Shown: positions 49,259 to 61,915, counted from the whole stretch's first letter. The stretch is DNA of 63,993 bases, filler included, from Bonamia ostreae (GCA_040357525.1; 20 parts of 20 records of this genome joined end to end with filler, not necessarily neighbours in it); one strand, 5' to 3'. Notes: generated from the letters alone by a model not told the origin. Numbers and translations are program-made.

Positions 49259-49783
49259 ATGTTGCTTTTATTGTCGATTTTTCTCGGATTTTGTTTGGTT
49301 TTTACATTTTTTTAAAGCTCGATTTTTTTTTAATCTGAATATTTTATTTTTAGACGTCGTTTTTAATTTTTAGTCGTCATTTAAATTTAAGTGGTCGTTT
49401 TTAATTTTTAGTGTTCATTTTTAATTTTTAGTGGTCATTTTTAATTTCTCATATTTACAAAAATTTTCGATTTTTAAATATTGTTAAAAAATATTTTATA
49501 GAATTGCCAAGTGAACGATATCCATTTTTTACAAAGAAGAAGAATGATGGCCATTTTCTTGGATGAACCATCCTATCCGCTTAGCTTCATTCGAGCTCAA
49601 TACAGAATGGCAGCAGATTTCGGAGAAACGCCAATAATGACTTATTTTTGTTATCCGATGTTAATCGCTCTAGACCCTTTCTACGAAATAACTTTCGCTC
49701 AAGGATTCTCTCTGTGCTCCAACAGCCTTTGGGAACCGCTTCCAGCTTGTTATAGAATAATAAGATTGGTCGTAATGTATTGA
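49259..49783 (+). CDS. Small secreted protein with one degenerate sushi-like module, two exons
   Basis: MLLLLSIFLGFCL|NCQVND...YFCYPMLIAL...SLCSNSLWEPLPACY. Confidence 0.5.
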
Positions 49784-50142
49784 TAAATGAATGCAGATAT
49801 TTCATACATTTTTAATGCTTTAAATATTTTTTTTATACAAAAGCTCATATAATATATATTATTTTTAAAGCTTTTTTAAGCTTTAATGTCTTTTCTCTTC
49901 TAGAAATTTATCGATTTAATAGTTTGTTTGGTTTCAAAGCATTTTTAAGCTTTTTATGGCTTTGATAATTTTTATATAAATCGTTAAAAATTGATCGAAA
50001 TAATGTCGACTCGAAAAAATTTTGGTTTTAGTTCATAAGGATTTTTAGTTAACAAAAGTCATTAAAGATTTTCAGATCGATTTTTGCAAATTTTGCCAAA
50101 ATGTAAATTATGTAAAGTGGATTTTACAAGTATTTTAGTCTC

Positions 50143-51548
50143 TTACACATCGAGACTAATGCTGTTGAATAGTCCGGTGCTTATATCTTCTTTCACAAAA
50201 GTGCTCAAATCCGAATTATTGAATGATCGGACATCTTTTGCGACCGCGATTGAAATAAAAGCGATAATGCCCCACATGAAGATGGAGACACATCCAATAA
50301 CAACAACTGCCCAACTCCCTCCNNNNNNNNNNNNNNNNNNNNNNNNNNNNNNNNNNNNNNNNNNNNNNNNNNNNNNNNNNNNNNNNNNNNNNNNNNNNNN
50401 NNNNNNNNNNNNNNNNNNNNNNTGCCCCACATGAAGATGGAGACACATCCAATAACAACAACTGCCCAACTCCCTCCTGGTCCGAGTTGCGTCAAAACGT
50501 TAAAAATTCCACTTTATGTTATTTTTTTGACGTAAAAAATTTTAGTAGCAAAAATGGCCAAAAATAAATTTTCACAACAAAAAAAATTTTCGTAACAAAA
50601 ATGGCCAAAAATAAATTTTCACAACAAAAAAAATTTTCGTATCAAAAATGGCCAAAAATGAATTTTCACAACAAAAATTTTCGTAACAAAAATGGCCAAA
50701 AATCAAAACATCGTAGCCCAGTTCGGCAACCCGACGATAGAATAGACGATGAAACAAACGTGGGCACAAAACAACAACCAAAAACCAATCAAAAGCGATC
50801 GCGTGTTTTTCGTCTTAGAAACCCGAACGGCGTAGTAAAGACACTTGAACATCAGAACGGCGCCGATGGAGCCGAAAATGAAATTGATTGTCGCGATTAT
50901 CACATTGTTCATCGCTTTTTAATCTCTTTAAAAACGCAAAAGAACGACATTCTTGCTCAGCGAAGCGACCAAAATCTGTCCGACGAAATTTAGCGAAAGA
51001 GCGAAAATTGTAACTTTTTTAAAATTTGAAAACGGAGACACAAATAAGAAGCGCGTTTGGCCGTCTTTTTGAATCCAGGAGGAACACAATTTTCAATGTC
51101 GACGTCATATTTGAGCCATTGCATAAACGAGTTCTTTTGCTTTTGCTCTTCGAACATGCTGTCGAGGATTTTGCCTCGTTGCTCCAACAGTTCCTCTCTC
51201 TTCTCCAAATATTTTTTCTGTTCGTTCAACTCTGTCACCAGCTTTTCTTCTTGGCTCAATGGCAATTGCCCATCTTTCCTATTTTTAGTGATTAAGATAA
51301 GCTTTCGGAGATGGCAATAATCGGATTGCAAAAGTAGAACTATGTGGAAATGTTTAAACTTTTTGTTTTCGGTTTCGTTTTCGGAAATGGTATTTATTGG
51401 GAGTTCTAATTCGCTTTTATCGTCGATTTGTCTGTTTTGGAGATCGTCGATCGATTCGTCCTAAAATTGAGAGCAATGTTACTTTCAGAGGTTTAGTGAT
51501 GTCGGTATCGTCTCCGGGATGTTTGTTTTTGTCTGAAAAATCAACCAT
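50143..51548 (-). CDS. SCAMP-family secretory carrier membrane protein
   Basis: Coiled coil LEKREELLEQR, LKYDVDIENCVP, four hydrophobic segments including AHVCFIVYSIVGLPNW. Confidence 0.65.
50323..50422. other. 100-N scaffold gap with a 55-nt duplication on either side (assembly artefact)
   Basis: 50268-50322 is identical to 50423-50477. Confidence 0.9.
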
Positions 51549-51766
51549 TTTATATTATGTCTTGTTAAATAATCAAATTTGCTGATATTTTTAGTATATC
51601 GGATTTTGTTAACGCAAAATTTGCAGCTAGCAATTATTATACAGAAAAACAGTAATTAAAATTAAANNNNNNNNNNNNNNNNNNNNNNNNNNNNNNNNNN
51701 NNNNNNNNNNTTAATTAATTAANNNNNNNNNNNNNNNNNNNNNNNNNNNNNNNNNNNNNNNNNNNN

Positions 51767-54143
51767 AAGACGACATATCTTCTAAAGCGAAGCGTCGCCA
51801 TACCCACAAAACACGAAAAATAAATTTGATATTTTATCAAATAAAAACAACCTGATGCAACCAACACAAGTAGCTCCAACAGCAATAACTAAAACTTTGC
51901 CCATTAATTTTGTATCGAATTCGCAAATAACGCGTTTGTTTGCAGTGAAAACGTCGATTTTGCGATTTACAGCGATTGGATTTACTGTCAGCAGCCAACC
52001 TGAAATGGGGGTCACACTACGCATTGTGCCCGTTATGGGACTATGCCAACGATGGTAATCTTGCGGCGCAAGCCTCGCTATAACCAATGTACACTCCTTA
52101 AAGGTAGTGCTGAGATAGGAAAGTTTTGGGCCGAGTAATCGCGCAATAGTGAAATGAGAGTCTTTTACCCAAAACCTAGTGGAATCGTAAAAAGATCGGA
52201 AGGACATCATTCTACAATCCGCGGGAGAAGTTACTACCGCGTCGTTTAGAGGTTCTGAAAGTGGTCGAACTCCTTTTTTTAGACTTCGCGCGAAAAAATC
52301 GTTGAAAGTCGCAAACGAATCGATTGTGCCTTCTATTTCATCCACGTTCACATTATATTTCTTTATAAAGTTTCTTATTTGCTTAGCTGTGTTACGTTTG
52401 TTCTTTTTTAATATTTTAATATGCAAAAATTTAAATTTCCCATTTCGTTATCGAATAAATTGATCGATTAATCGATTTACAAATGCGATTTAGCAATTTA
52501 CAATTGAATTTTAAAATGTTTAAATTTGTCAACAATTTTCTTAAAATTTTAATCAATATTCAATTTTTTGCAATAAAACAACATTGACAAATCTTGAATT
52601 TTCAACAAAAACCTCATATTTTTCCCCATAGCTCAAAGACAATTTTACGAGTTTCTTTTTTATGAACCCGGGCAAACAGTTTTTGGTGTACATCAGTTTC
52701 ATTGCTTTCCTTATATATTTCTTAAAATTATCGAAAATAACAGGAATATATTCTTTAGTAACAAGACCAGTTTTTCTGTCCTGCACGAAATGGTTTCGTT
52801 TGATATCCGCCGGAATGTACAGCATTGGTTTTTTTGCAAGGTTATCCCATTCAGTTAAAAACTGCTCGGTCACTTTTTTCAATAACTTCCCGTTGCCGAT
52901 TTTGTTAGAAGTCAAAACATAGATGACATCGAGAGGATTCAAAATCCTTTTAGTTCTGATAACGCGTTCCAAACTGTCTTCTTCTTGTTTTGTAATCTTT
53001 ATTCTGCTTTTTAGATAATTTAGAATCTAAATGGTCATTTTTTTAAACTTCTCTAGTTTCCAAAATGCCGTTTTTGTTAATGTCTATTTTTTTGAAGATG
53101 TTATTGAGAATGTTTTCTTCCAGATTTTTTCTTGACGTTATTTCTATTTCTATCGATAACGTCTTTTTTTGAGAAATGGTTAAGTTTAAAAATATCCAGA
53201 TTTAAAAACTCCCTTGTTTGCCGATTTGTCTACATCGCCATTCTTTTTATTACATTTCATTGGCAACATTGAAACCATTATGTTAGATACATGTATGTCC
53301 AAATCTGAAAAGTATATATGCAAAGGAACATTCAATGAAACCGGTTTATTTTGTGCTTCTCTAAAAAACGTAGCAGCTCTTAAATAGGCCACACCCAATC
53401 TTTGCGTTGTCCAATTAAAACTTATCGTTTCTCGAAAAAGAATCGTAATCCAAAACGAGAATTTTGAGGAGACTGTCTTTCTGTTTGTCCAAGTTCACCA
53501 AAAACACGCAAAATTCATTCCACTTTGGATTCAACGTTTTAAGTTTTGTTGATGTTCGATACGACTGCTTTCCCCATGACGCAATGCAAAAAGGATCTGA
53601 TTTGTACATGTCTGCCCTTCTCAGATTGGATGCTTTCTTTACAATTTTAATTTAGACTTTTATGTTTATTCTGCACGCGTGGCTGTAATCATAGCTATTT
53701 ATTTCATTTTCGTCGCAGAAAGACTTTTTGCAGACGACCTGCAATTCTATGGAACCGACGTGTTGCTCTTCTGTGATTCCAGAAACAACTTGTGTGTACA
53801 AGGGCACAATCACCCATTCTGTTACAGTGAGGGGCCACTTAAAGCTCGTTATTCCGTGTGCAATGACTTTTTTGTTTTTGTTTTTCGGAGTGGATACGAC
53901 TATTGATATTTTAAAAAAGGTGCCGGGATTGAAGGTGAAGACAAAATTTACAGGTTCGTTCCAAATCGGATTGTTCGAGATTTTTTGTTTGCTAGTTGAT
54001 TTTGAAATGGGACCTTCGGTCACTACACATTCTATTTCTTTGAATCCGGTTGAAGATATTATGCTTTGCTTTAAAAAAGCCTGCAATATGCGAACGTTGA
54101 TTAAATATTTTAATTCAGATATATCGGGAGGATATGTCTCCAT
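51767..54143 (-). CDS. PSD2: Type II phosphatidylserine decarboxylase with C2 domains, 3'-truncated
   Basis: C2 motifs SDPFC, KTLNPKWNE, VLDYDSFSRND; catalytic FATFNDFFARSLK, SPADCR, RLAPQDYHRWHSP, VGATCVG. Confidence 0.93.
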
Positions 54144-54540
54144 TATTTGAGTGGTGTAAAACTTCTGGAAATTTAGGAATTTGTAGTGTACAACAAAGTG
54201 TTAAATTTATATGCAGACGGTTATTTATTTTTGTCAGAATGCTTAACGGGGACGAATCTGCAAAAATTATCGAGATATTTTCCAGATTTTAGGAAAACTT
54301 TGGCATATTAATTAATTTTTTTAATCACAGCTCTTGGATGTGCCCTTTTAGGCCCAGGAGGTAACATCCTAGAATGTTAAGATTGTTTGGAACCAGGTAA
54401 CATCCTAGATTATAACAATAGTCTAAATGTGGTATGACAACCAAATAGGTTCCCAGATGGTGGACGTCTTAAATAGTTTCCAATTTAGTTATTTACATAT
54501 TATCGCTTAATTGTTGGTTCCTAATTTTATCACTTAGAAG

Positions 54541-54883
54541 ATAAACTGCAGCAAATGTCATTTCGACTATATATTGCAGCAAATATCATTTCGACTATAA
54601 ACAGCAAATGTCATTTCGACTATAAACTGCAAATGTCATTTCGACTATAAACTGCAAATGTCATTTCGACTATAAATTGCAAATGTCATTTCGACTATAA
54701 ACTGCAAATGTCATTTCGACTATAAACTGCAAATGTCATTTCGACTATAAATTGCAAATGTCATTTCGACTATAAACTGCAAATGTCATTTCGACTATAA
54801 ACTGCAAATGTCATTTCGACTATAAATTGCAAATGTCATTTCGACTATAAACTGCAAATGTCATTTCGACTATAAACTGCAAA
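54541..54883. repeat. 25-nt minisatellite with a 75-nt higher-order period, truncated by contig end
   Basis: A(C/T)TGCAAATGTCATTTCGACTATAA; T variant at 54676, 54751 and 54826. Confidence 0.97.
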
Positions 54884-54983
54884 NNNNNNNNNNNNNNNNN
54901 NNNNNNNNNNNNNNNNNNNNNNNNNNNTTAATTAATTAANNNNNNNNNNNNNNNNNNNNNNNNNNNNNNNNNNNNNNNNNNNN

Positions 54984-55658
54984 ATATCTGACGAATAGTC
55001 GTGCTTCAATTTAGTAAATTTAGGCAAAAATTTTTTTGTAATTTTTGTCGGTTTTTGAAATTTTTGTTTTGATGATTTTTTTGTCAATTTTTTTAGAAAT
55101 TTTTGTTTTGATAAATTTTTTGACAAATTTTAACATCAAAAATTAAAAACCAGAATAATTAAATCTTGTCTAACAGCTCTTAACCGATCACAGATAAATT
55201 CATTTTTAAGCTCAAAATCAGCCAAAAAATGATTTAGAACATGGACCAATAAATGATATGTTGTCTTTAATAACAAAGAATGAGATCTTATAAGGTCCGG
55301 CGTCATTTTTCTGCCGGCATCGGATCTGCGAAATGATTTAACCATTAAAAGTCGATTTGCTTTTAATTGCATAATATCGACATTTTTTTTGAATTTTGTC
55401 TATTATTTAATTTTTTTTTGAATTTAGCCTTGAATTTTTAATAACATTTACAAAATGTTTTTAAGAATAAACTCTCGATGAATCGTCCATTTCGAAAAAA
55501 CTAAATTTTTGAAATTTTAGTCTTTCTTCGATCTCCTCGTCTGGACACATGTTCTTACAAAGAGGCGTAATGGCTTTTGTGAATGTAGCCTTATGTAGAT
55601 CGCCAATGTTTACTTTGGAATCGTAAAGCTCAATCGGATTTTCTATTTGAGCTAACAT
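54984..55658 (-). CDS. SAC3/GANP-family protein, N-terminal fragment
   Basis: CKNMCPDEEIEER, MVKSFRRSDAG, FICDRLRAVRQDLII. Confidence 0.85.
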
Positions 55659-56001
55659 TTGGCTAAATAAATAAACGGTATTTTAATAATTTTTGATATA
55701 GTTTTTTTTTGCAAATTTACAATAAATAAAAATGGTCATTTAATATTTTTTTACTAAAGACGGTTGTTGTTTTGTTGTTGTTGCAAATATTTTAAATTGG
55801 CAAAATTCTGAAAAATCAATTTTCTGAAATCGACAATTTATGAAAATAAATAATTTTTTGACAATTAAAATTTCTTAAAAAGTCAAAAATTTAGTTTTGT
55901 TAAGATAATAAACAATTCATAAAATAACTGTTTTTGCTATTTTTACAAACATAAATATTACACATAAAATTAAAATTTATCCAAGAATTAGAGCAGAAAT
56001 A

Positions 56002-57822
56002 ATGTCTGAACAAAACAAAAGGTTCGATTTAAAAATACGCTCTTGTTAAAATTTTTTTCCGATATTTACCGAATTAGCTCTTTTTATAAATTTTAGCCTT
56101 AACCAAATGGTTTTTTGGTTTTGGCATTTTTGAAATTTTTATATCACTTTTTCTATTGTTTTCAGGATGGATTCGACTAATACTTCAACCGAAGTCACAA
56201 ATAATGTCGATTCCAATAATACTTCCGCAAAACTCGCCGGCGAACTTGCCGCAAATGAACAGCCGGTTTGGAAAAAAATCTACGACTCGGCCTCCGCTAA
56301 ATATTATTATGTCAATGCCATCACTAAGGACACGACATGGAACGCCCCTCCGGACTATGTAATTACATTTATTATATTGATTTTGTTAATATTTTTTGTT
56401 TAAGCTTCTATATAATTGTTTGAATTTAATGCTTTATATTTGTTTTGAATTTTAAAAATTTAGTTAAAAATGGCAGTTTGACAATACAAAAAATTAAATC
56501 TAATTTCGGATATTTGAATAATATAAAAAGATTGAAAGGGAAAAAGTGCAGGAAAATATTGAACAGAAAGAAGAGGAAACTCCAAAAAGTGAAACCTTTC
56601 CGAACAAAGAGGAATCGGAAAAGAAAGAAGAACAGAAAGACGAACCCGACAACCCGAACACAAAATTGCAGAAAGAAGACAATATTTACAATTCGAATTG
56701 GCGAACCGCCATAGACCATGATTCTGGAAGAACGTACCACTATAATATGCAAACTGGTCAGACGCAATGGGCGAATCCACGTGATATCGCGCAACATACT
56801 CCAACATCCGGCGATTATGCCTTCCAAAACCAAATAACTGGACGGCGGTTTCATTTTTATTAAATCGATTTTTTTGTAATAAAATTTTATTTTCAAAATC
56901 GATTTTTTTGTAATAAAATTATATTTTCAAAATCGATTTTTTTGTAATAAAATTATATTTTCAAAATCGATTTTTTTGTAATAAAATTATATTTTTAAAA
57001 TCGATTTTTTTTGTAATAAAATTTTATTTTTAAATCGATTTTTTTGTAATAAAATTTTATTTTTAAAATCGATTTTTTTGTAATAAAATTTTATTTTTAA
57101 AATCGATTTTTTCAAAATTTGATTAAAAATCGCTCGCTCCGGTTTCCAATTTTAATCCAAAAATCTCAGACGACGCAGAAGCATGAAGGAAATGCAAGAT
57201 GCGTGGGACAGAGGAGACAGAGTCGGCCTTTGGGAATGCCCCGATTGCTCCAAAATCCTCACCGAAGGCAGCAAGAAAACACACCCCGATTCTTGCAACG
57301 CCCGCAAAGCGCGAAGTGTTCATGTTTCATAACACATTTAAAGATGGTCCAAGGAACTCCCGCCGACATTCTCGCCGGAGCGCATTGGAGAGCTGTCCAG
57401 GACAGAAACGGCCAGACGTACTATTATCACCAAATCACCAAACAAACTTCCTGGTACAAACCGACCGAAATGAGCGTTTGTTTTCCCAATTAAAGAACTT
57501 TGAGCAATATCAGCAAAACCAATCGATCATCCAGACCACTCTGGGCAGCCGAAACGTGGGGTACAATCAGTGGACAGAAGTGACAGACTCGAATGGCCGG
57601 ACTTATTATTACAACAATATCACCGGCGCGACGAGTTGGACGAAGCCGTCGGGGTCGCAGGACGAAAAGGTGGCGCGTCCCGATTCAGTCGGAGACTACA
57701 GCGCGGCTGGCTTCGACGGTCAGCAGAGCAACGTTGGCGAATGGGTTGAAGTGATCGATTCTTCTACTGGCGGAAAGTATTATTACAATTCTGTGACAAA
57801 AGCTACATCTTGGACTAATCCG
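56002..57822 (+). CDS. Multi-WW-domain protein (at least 5 WW) with a C2HC zinc finger, 3'-truncated
   Basis: Five W..(D)..G..YYY.....T.W..P modules; exon from 57169 encodes WECPDCSKILTEGSKKTHPDSC. Confidence 0.85.
56860..57115. repeat. About 35-nt tandem repeat filling a WW-gene intron
   Basis: AAATCGATTTTTTTGTAATAAAATT(A/T)TATTTT, about 7 copies. Confidence 0.92.
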
Positions 57823-57894
57823 GTTCCTTTTTGTTTTATTTAAAAATGGTTGACGTCCTCGTAAATTTTATTTGCGGCGACCAAAATATTTTAA

Positions 57895-58095
57895 TGATTT
57901 TGGTTTAATGTTTTTAGAAAAATTTTGTATAAAAATGGTCGATGTCCTCGAATTTTTGAAATTTATTTGATTTTGGTTTAATGTTTTTAGAAAAATTTTG
58001 TATAAAAATGGTCGATGTCCTCGAATTTTTGAAATTTATTTGATTTTGGTTTAATGTTTTTAGAAAAATTTTGTATAAAAATGGTCGATGTCCTC
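57895..58095. repeat. About 74-nt tandem repeat at contig end (intronic)
   Basis: TGATTTTGGTTTAATGTTTTTAGAAAAATTTTGTATAAAAATGGTCGATGTCCTCGAATTTTTGAAATTTATT, repeated. Confidence 0.9.
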
Positions 58096-58226
58096 NNNNN
58101 NNNNNNNNNNNNNNNNNNNNNNNNNNNNNNNNNNNNNNNTTAATTAATTAANNNNNNNNNNNNNNNNNNNNNNNNNNNNNNNNNNNNNNNNNNNNATAAA
58201 AATTTCCTGACAGAGCTTAAACAAAA

Positions 58227-58955
58227 ATGGATAAAGACAAAATGCTGGGAGACAAAATGGGATCATCTTGCCATCAATGTAAAAGCCGTCGCAACAAAAG
58301 CGTTCTTTTGTGGTGCTCTTCTTTGAATTCTTCAAAAGTTGCACTTTTCTAAATAACATCTTCTTTAAAGCAATGCAAGAAAAAGTACTGTGACAATTGT
58401 CTAAAAAAATTTTACAATCAATCCATCTTCAATTTTACCGAAGTACAGCAAAAACAGTTTTAATTTGCAAATCGTCAATTTCGAAATATCTGTAAATTTG
58501 CGAATTTGGTCTAAAAATGTCTTAAAATAAAGTTGGAAATGTCCAGCGTGCGAAAACAACTGCTCGTGTGCAGCTTGCAGAAGACGAATAAGTACAATGA
58601 AAAACTTTAAAGTCGTCAGAGAAGTTTCCGTCGACCACAAAATCGACGAAAAATGTTTAAAATTTAGACGTGCACAAAAATAAGAAATCAAAATTTGAAA
58701 ATATTTTTTAATTTTAATTTGGAAAAAATTTGAAAAATCAAAAAAGTTTCTATCGAAGATGAGACAAATTCGGAAGAAACGGAAGAAAAGTTTAGCGAAT
58801 ACGGAGACGTGTTTAATTTGTTATATGAAACGGCGCAGAACAAAGGAAATCGGCTAAAAATGATCCAAGTTTTAGCCGACAGTAAATTTGACAAGGATGA
58901 AAAAATAAAGAAGATTTCAGATATTTTGCAAGAAGGAATTTATCTTCAAAAATAA
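58227..58955 (+). CDS. zf-4CXXC_R1 (CDCA7-like) zinc-finger protein
   Basis: GSSCHQCKSRR...CKKKYCDNCLKKFY...WKCPACENNCSCAACRR across mini-introns. Confidence 0.8.
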
Positions 58956-59173
58956 ATTACCTTTTTAATTGTTTATAAAACTGAATTTTATATTTATCAT
59001 TTTTTTTTCTTCGAAAAAATCATAAAAAACAAAATTTGTTGTTCGAAAAATATTCTAATCACAAAACCAAAAAAATTATGTTCAACAATACAAAAATCTA
59101 AAAAAACTCGCAAAATTTAGTTAATAGCTATACACGAAAACCTTAATATCCAAAATCGAACAGAGCTTTAAAA

Positions 59174-61304
59174 ATGGCAAACAAAAAAATTAAAAAAAAA
59201 ATCGAACAAACACCACAATCCCTAAAACCCGTTCAAAAATCAAAAAATCCGAAAGAAGCTCAAAACTCCGAAGACAAAAAAACGGAACTTGAAATTGTCG
59301 CTCTAAAAAACAAAATCGTCGCAACAACGAATAAAAGTAATTTGTCAAAAAGACTTTAAAAGACATTGAAAAAGACATTGAACAACTTAAACACAAAATC
59401 AGTTCCGCCGCAAAATCGATGACATCGATTCCAAAACCATTAAAACATTTAAATCCGCATTTTGAAGAATTAAGAAAATTTTTTGACGGATATCAAAATC
59501 CACCAAATTTTTTGGCCGACATTATTAGTTGTTTGGCGATGGTTTCTTCGGAAGAAGAAAATTTATATTGTTTGAAGTATAAGCTCCAAAGCAACAATGA
59601 TGACATATCGCTTTGGGGAGATGATTACATTCGTCATTTGTCAAGAGAAATTATTGCGGAGTCCAAAAAGAGAAGAGAAAATATTATCGAATCTTCGAAA
59701 ATGTTTTTTTATCGATTTATTTATGTCAAAAAAATATTTTTATCGATTTTTTGTGTCCAAAACAAAATTTTTTAATCGATTTTTTTTATGCCAAACAAAA
59801 TTTTTTTTATCGATTTTTTTATGTCAAAACAAAATTAACAAAATCTTTAACGATTTTTAGAACTTCTATCGCAAAGAAAATCGTCGATTTTTATTTTAAA
59901 AACGCCGCTGAAGCGGAAGCCGTCGATCTTTTAGTCGAAGTTTCCCTCAATTTTTAAATCCAACAAAGATCGGCCGATTAGACATTTTATTAGAAAAAAG
60001 CGACAAAGAGTCGGCGCCGAGGATAGCTTCCTATCTGTTTCAATGTCTCCATTACATCCCTTCTGAAATGGAAGATTTTGAAAAAATGGCCAAAACCGCC
60101 TTCGAACTGCACGCTCGTTGCGGCAACTACTCCGAAGCGCTTCTCATCGCTCTTATCGCAAACGACGACGAATTAATAAACAAAGCTTTAAATTCTTGTA
60201 AAACGGACATTGAAAAGCTTCAATTGAGTTATATGGTTGGTTTAACGCGCAACGCGAATGGATACGAAAATTTGAGCGTTTCGGAGAAAATGGTGTCTGC
60301 GGCGGGAAACGAGGATTTGGGGAACTGGTTTGACTTGTTGGCAAAAGAGTTGAGTGTCATGGAGCCGAAGAAAATGGAAGATATTTATAAGTCGCATTTG
60401 ATTGACCGATCTACTTTTGGCAAATGTGCTCATTTTATCCATTCAAATTTTTAATTTTGCAGTCAAATTTTTTCGATATTATCAAATTTATTTTTGTAAA
60501 ATTTTTTTTAATAAATTGTTTTTTTCGATAGTATCAAATTTTTTTTTGTTTTTATAAATTTTTGTTTTTTCGATATTATCAAATTTATTTTTGTTTTTAC
60601 AAAATTTTGCTTTTTCGATATTATCAAATTTATTTTTATTTTTGTAAAATTTTTTTTAATAAATTGTTTTTTCGATATTATCAAATTTATTTTTGTAAAA
60701 TTTTTTTAATAAATCGTTTTTTCGATATTATCAAAATTTTTTCGTTTTTTTAAATAAATTTTTGTTTTTTCGATATTATTAAAATATCTTCTTTGCATTT
60801 TAACAATTTCTAAATAAAATTTTATCAAATTTAATTTGTTGTCTTTAATTTTATTTTTCCGTTTTTTGTTTCTAACTAATTTTTTTGTTAATAAAATTTT
60901 GTATTTAAAAATCTGTTTTTTGATATTTTTGTGATTAAAAAGACGAAAAAACAATACAAACAAGTTCACAAAATCTTAATTCGGCGCGCGAAAATCTGGC
61001 TACAACTTTCGCGAACGCCATCGTCCACGCTGGTTTTGGCAACGACACGCTCGTCTCGCCCGAAGACAGCGACTGGGTTTTCAAAAACAGAGATCGCGGC
61101 AAAGCCAGCGCTGTCGCTTCAATCGGATTGGTCAACATGTGGAAACTCGAAAAAGGTTTCCAAGCCGTCGACCGCTTTTCCGAAAGCGTCGACGAAGAAC
61201 TCAAAGCCGGGTCCCTTTTAGGATTTTCTTTGGTCGGCTGTGGAATAAAGTCTGATTTGGATGCGAGCGCTGCACTCTTGGCGGACCATCTGGAAAGCGA
61301 ATCT
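59174..61304 (+). CDS. RPN1: 26S proteasome regulatory subunit RPN1/PSMD2, 3'-truncated
   Basis: SMTSIPKPLKHL, WGDDYIRHL, AEAEAVDLLVE, MEPKKMEDIYKSHL, NSARENLATTFANAIVHAGFGND. Confidence 0.95.
60465..60800. repeat. Degenerate tandem repeat in an RPN1 intron
   Basis: TTTTTCGATATTATCAAATTTATTTTTG units. Confidence 0.85.
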
Positions 61305-61915
61305 NNNNNNNNNNNNNNNNNNNNNNNNNNNNNNNNNNNNNNNNNNNNTTAATTAATTAANNNNNNNNNNNNNNNNNNNNNNNNNNNNNNNNNNNNNNNN
61401 NNNNTTTCACGTATCACTGTTTTATATCTAATGATTTGTAATAAACTGTTAATACGACAATAATAGCATTCATTTCAAACAAATTGAGTGTTTGGATCAC
61501 AAAATATACGCCAAAGTCTTGTAATTTAGCATTCAAAATTAAAGCACGAATAGCTGTTGAAGCAACTAATGAACTTTCTATGTCAAGAAAGAATGTTCAT
61601 GCATAGTACAAATAGGAAAGACAATTTTAAATTATGTTTATCGAAATTGAAGTGCATTGAACTGGTTAATTTTCAGTTTTACCTGATTATTTCGAATTTG
61701 CAAGTGAAAAGTTAATCTATATATATTTCCATGAGAACAAAAACGTTGTTTGATATATCACATGATGAATTTTTTAAGCAAACCGGATATCAATAGATCA
61801 AGAACCGTAAATTAGGCCAATTTCCAAACTCTGTAATCAACAATATGCGATTATTTGTCAGTGTCTAATATCACATATCAGTTAATCTTAATTTTTGAAA
61901 TTAAAACAGGTTTAC

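Noticed and set aside
50268-50477. Tandem duplication within SCAMP
   Set aside because: An exact 55-nt overlap flanking a 100-N gap is typical of an unmerged assembler overlap.
54541-54883. CRISPR array
   Set aside because: Units are head-to-tail with no unique spacers, no cas genes are present, and the context is eukaryotic.
270-61304. Programmed frameshifting or mass pseudogenisation to explain broken ORFs
   Set aside because: In the conserved genes I traced, each break is resolved by a canonical GT-AG intron. I found no case requiring non-canonical splice sites, but not every junction was traced.
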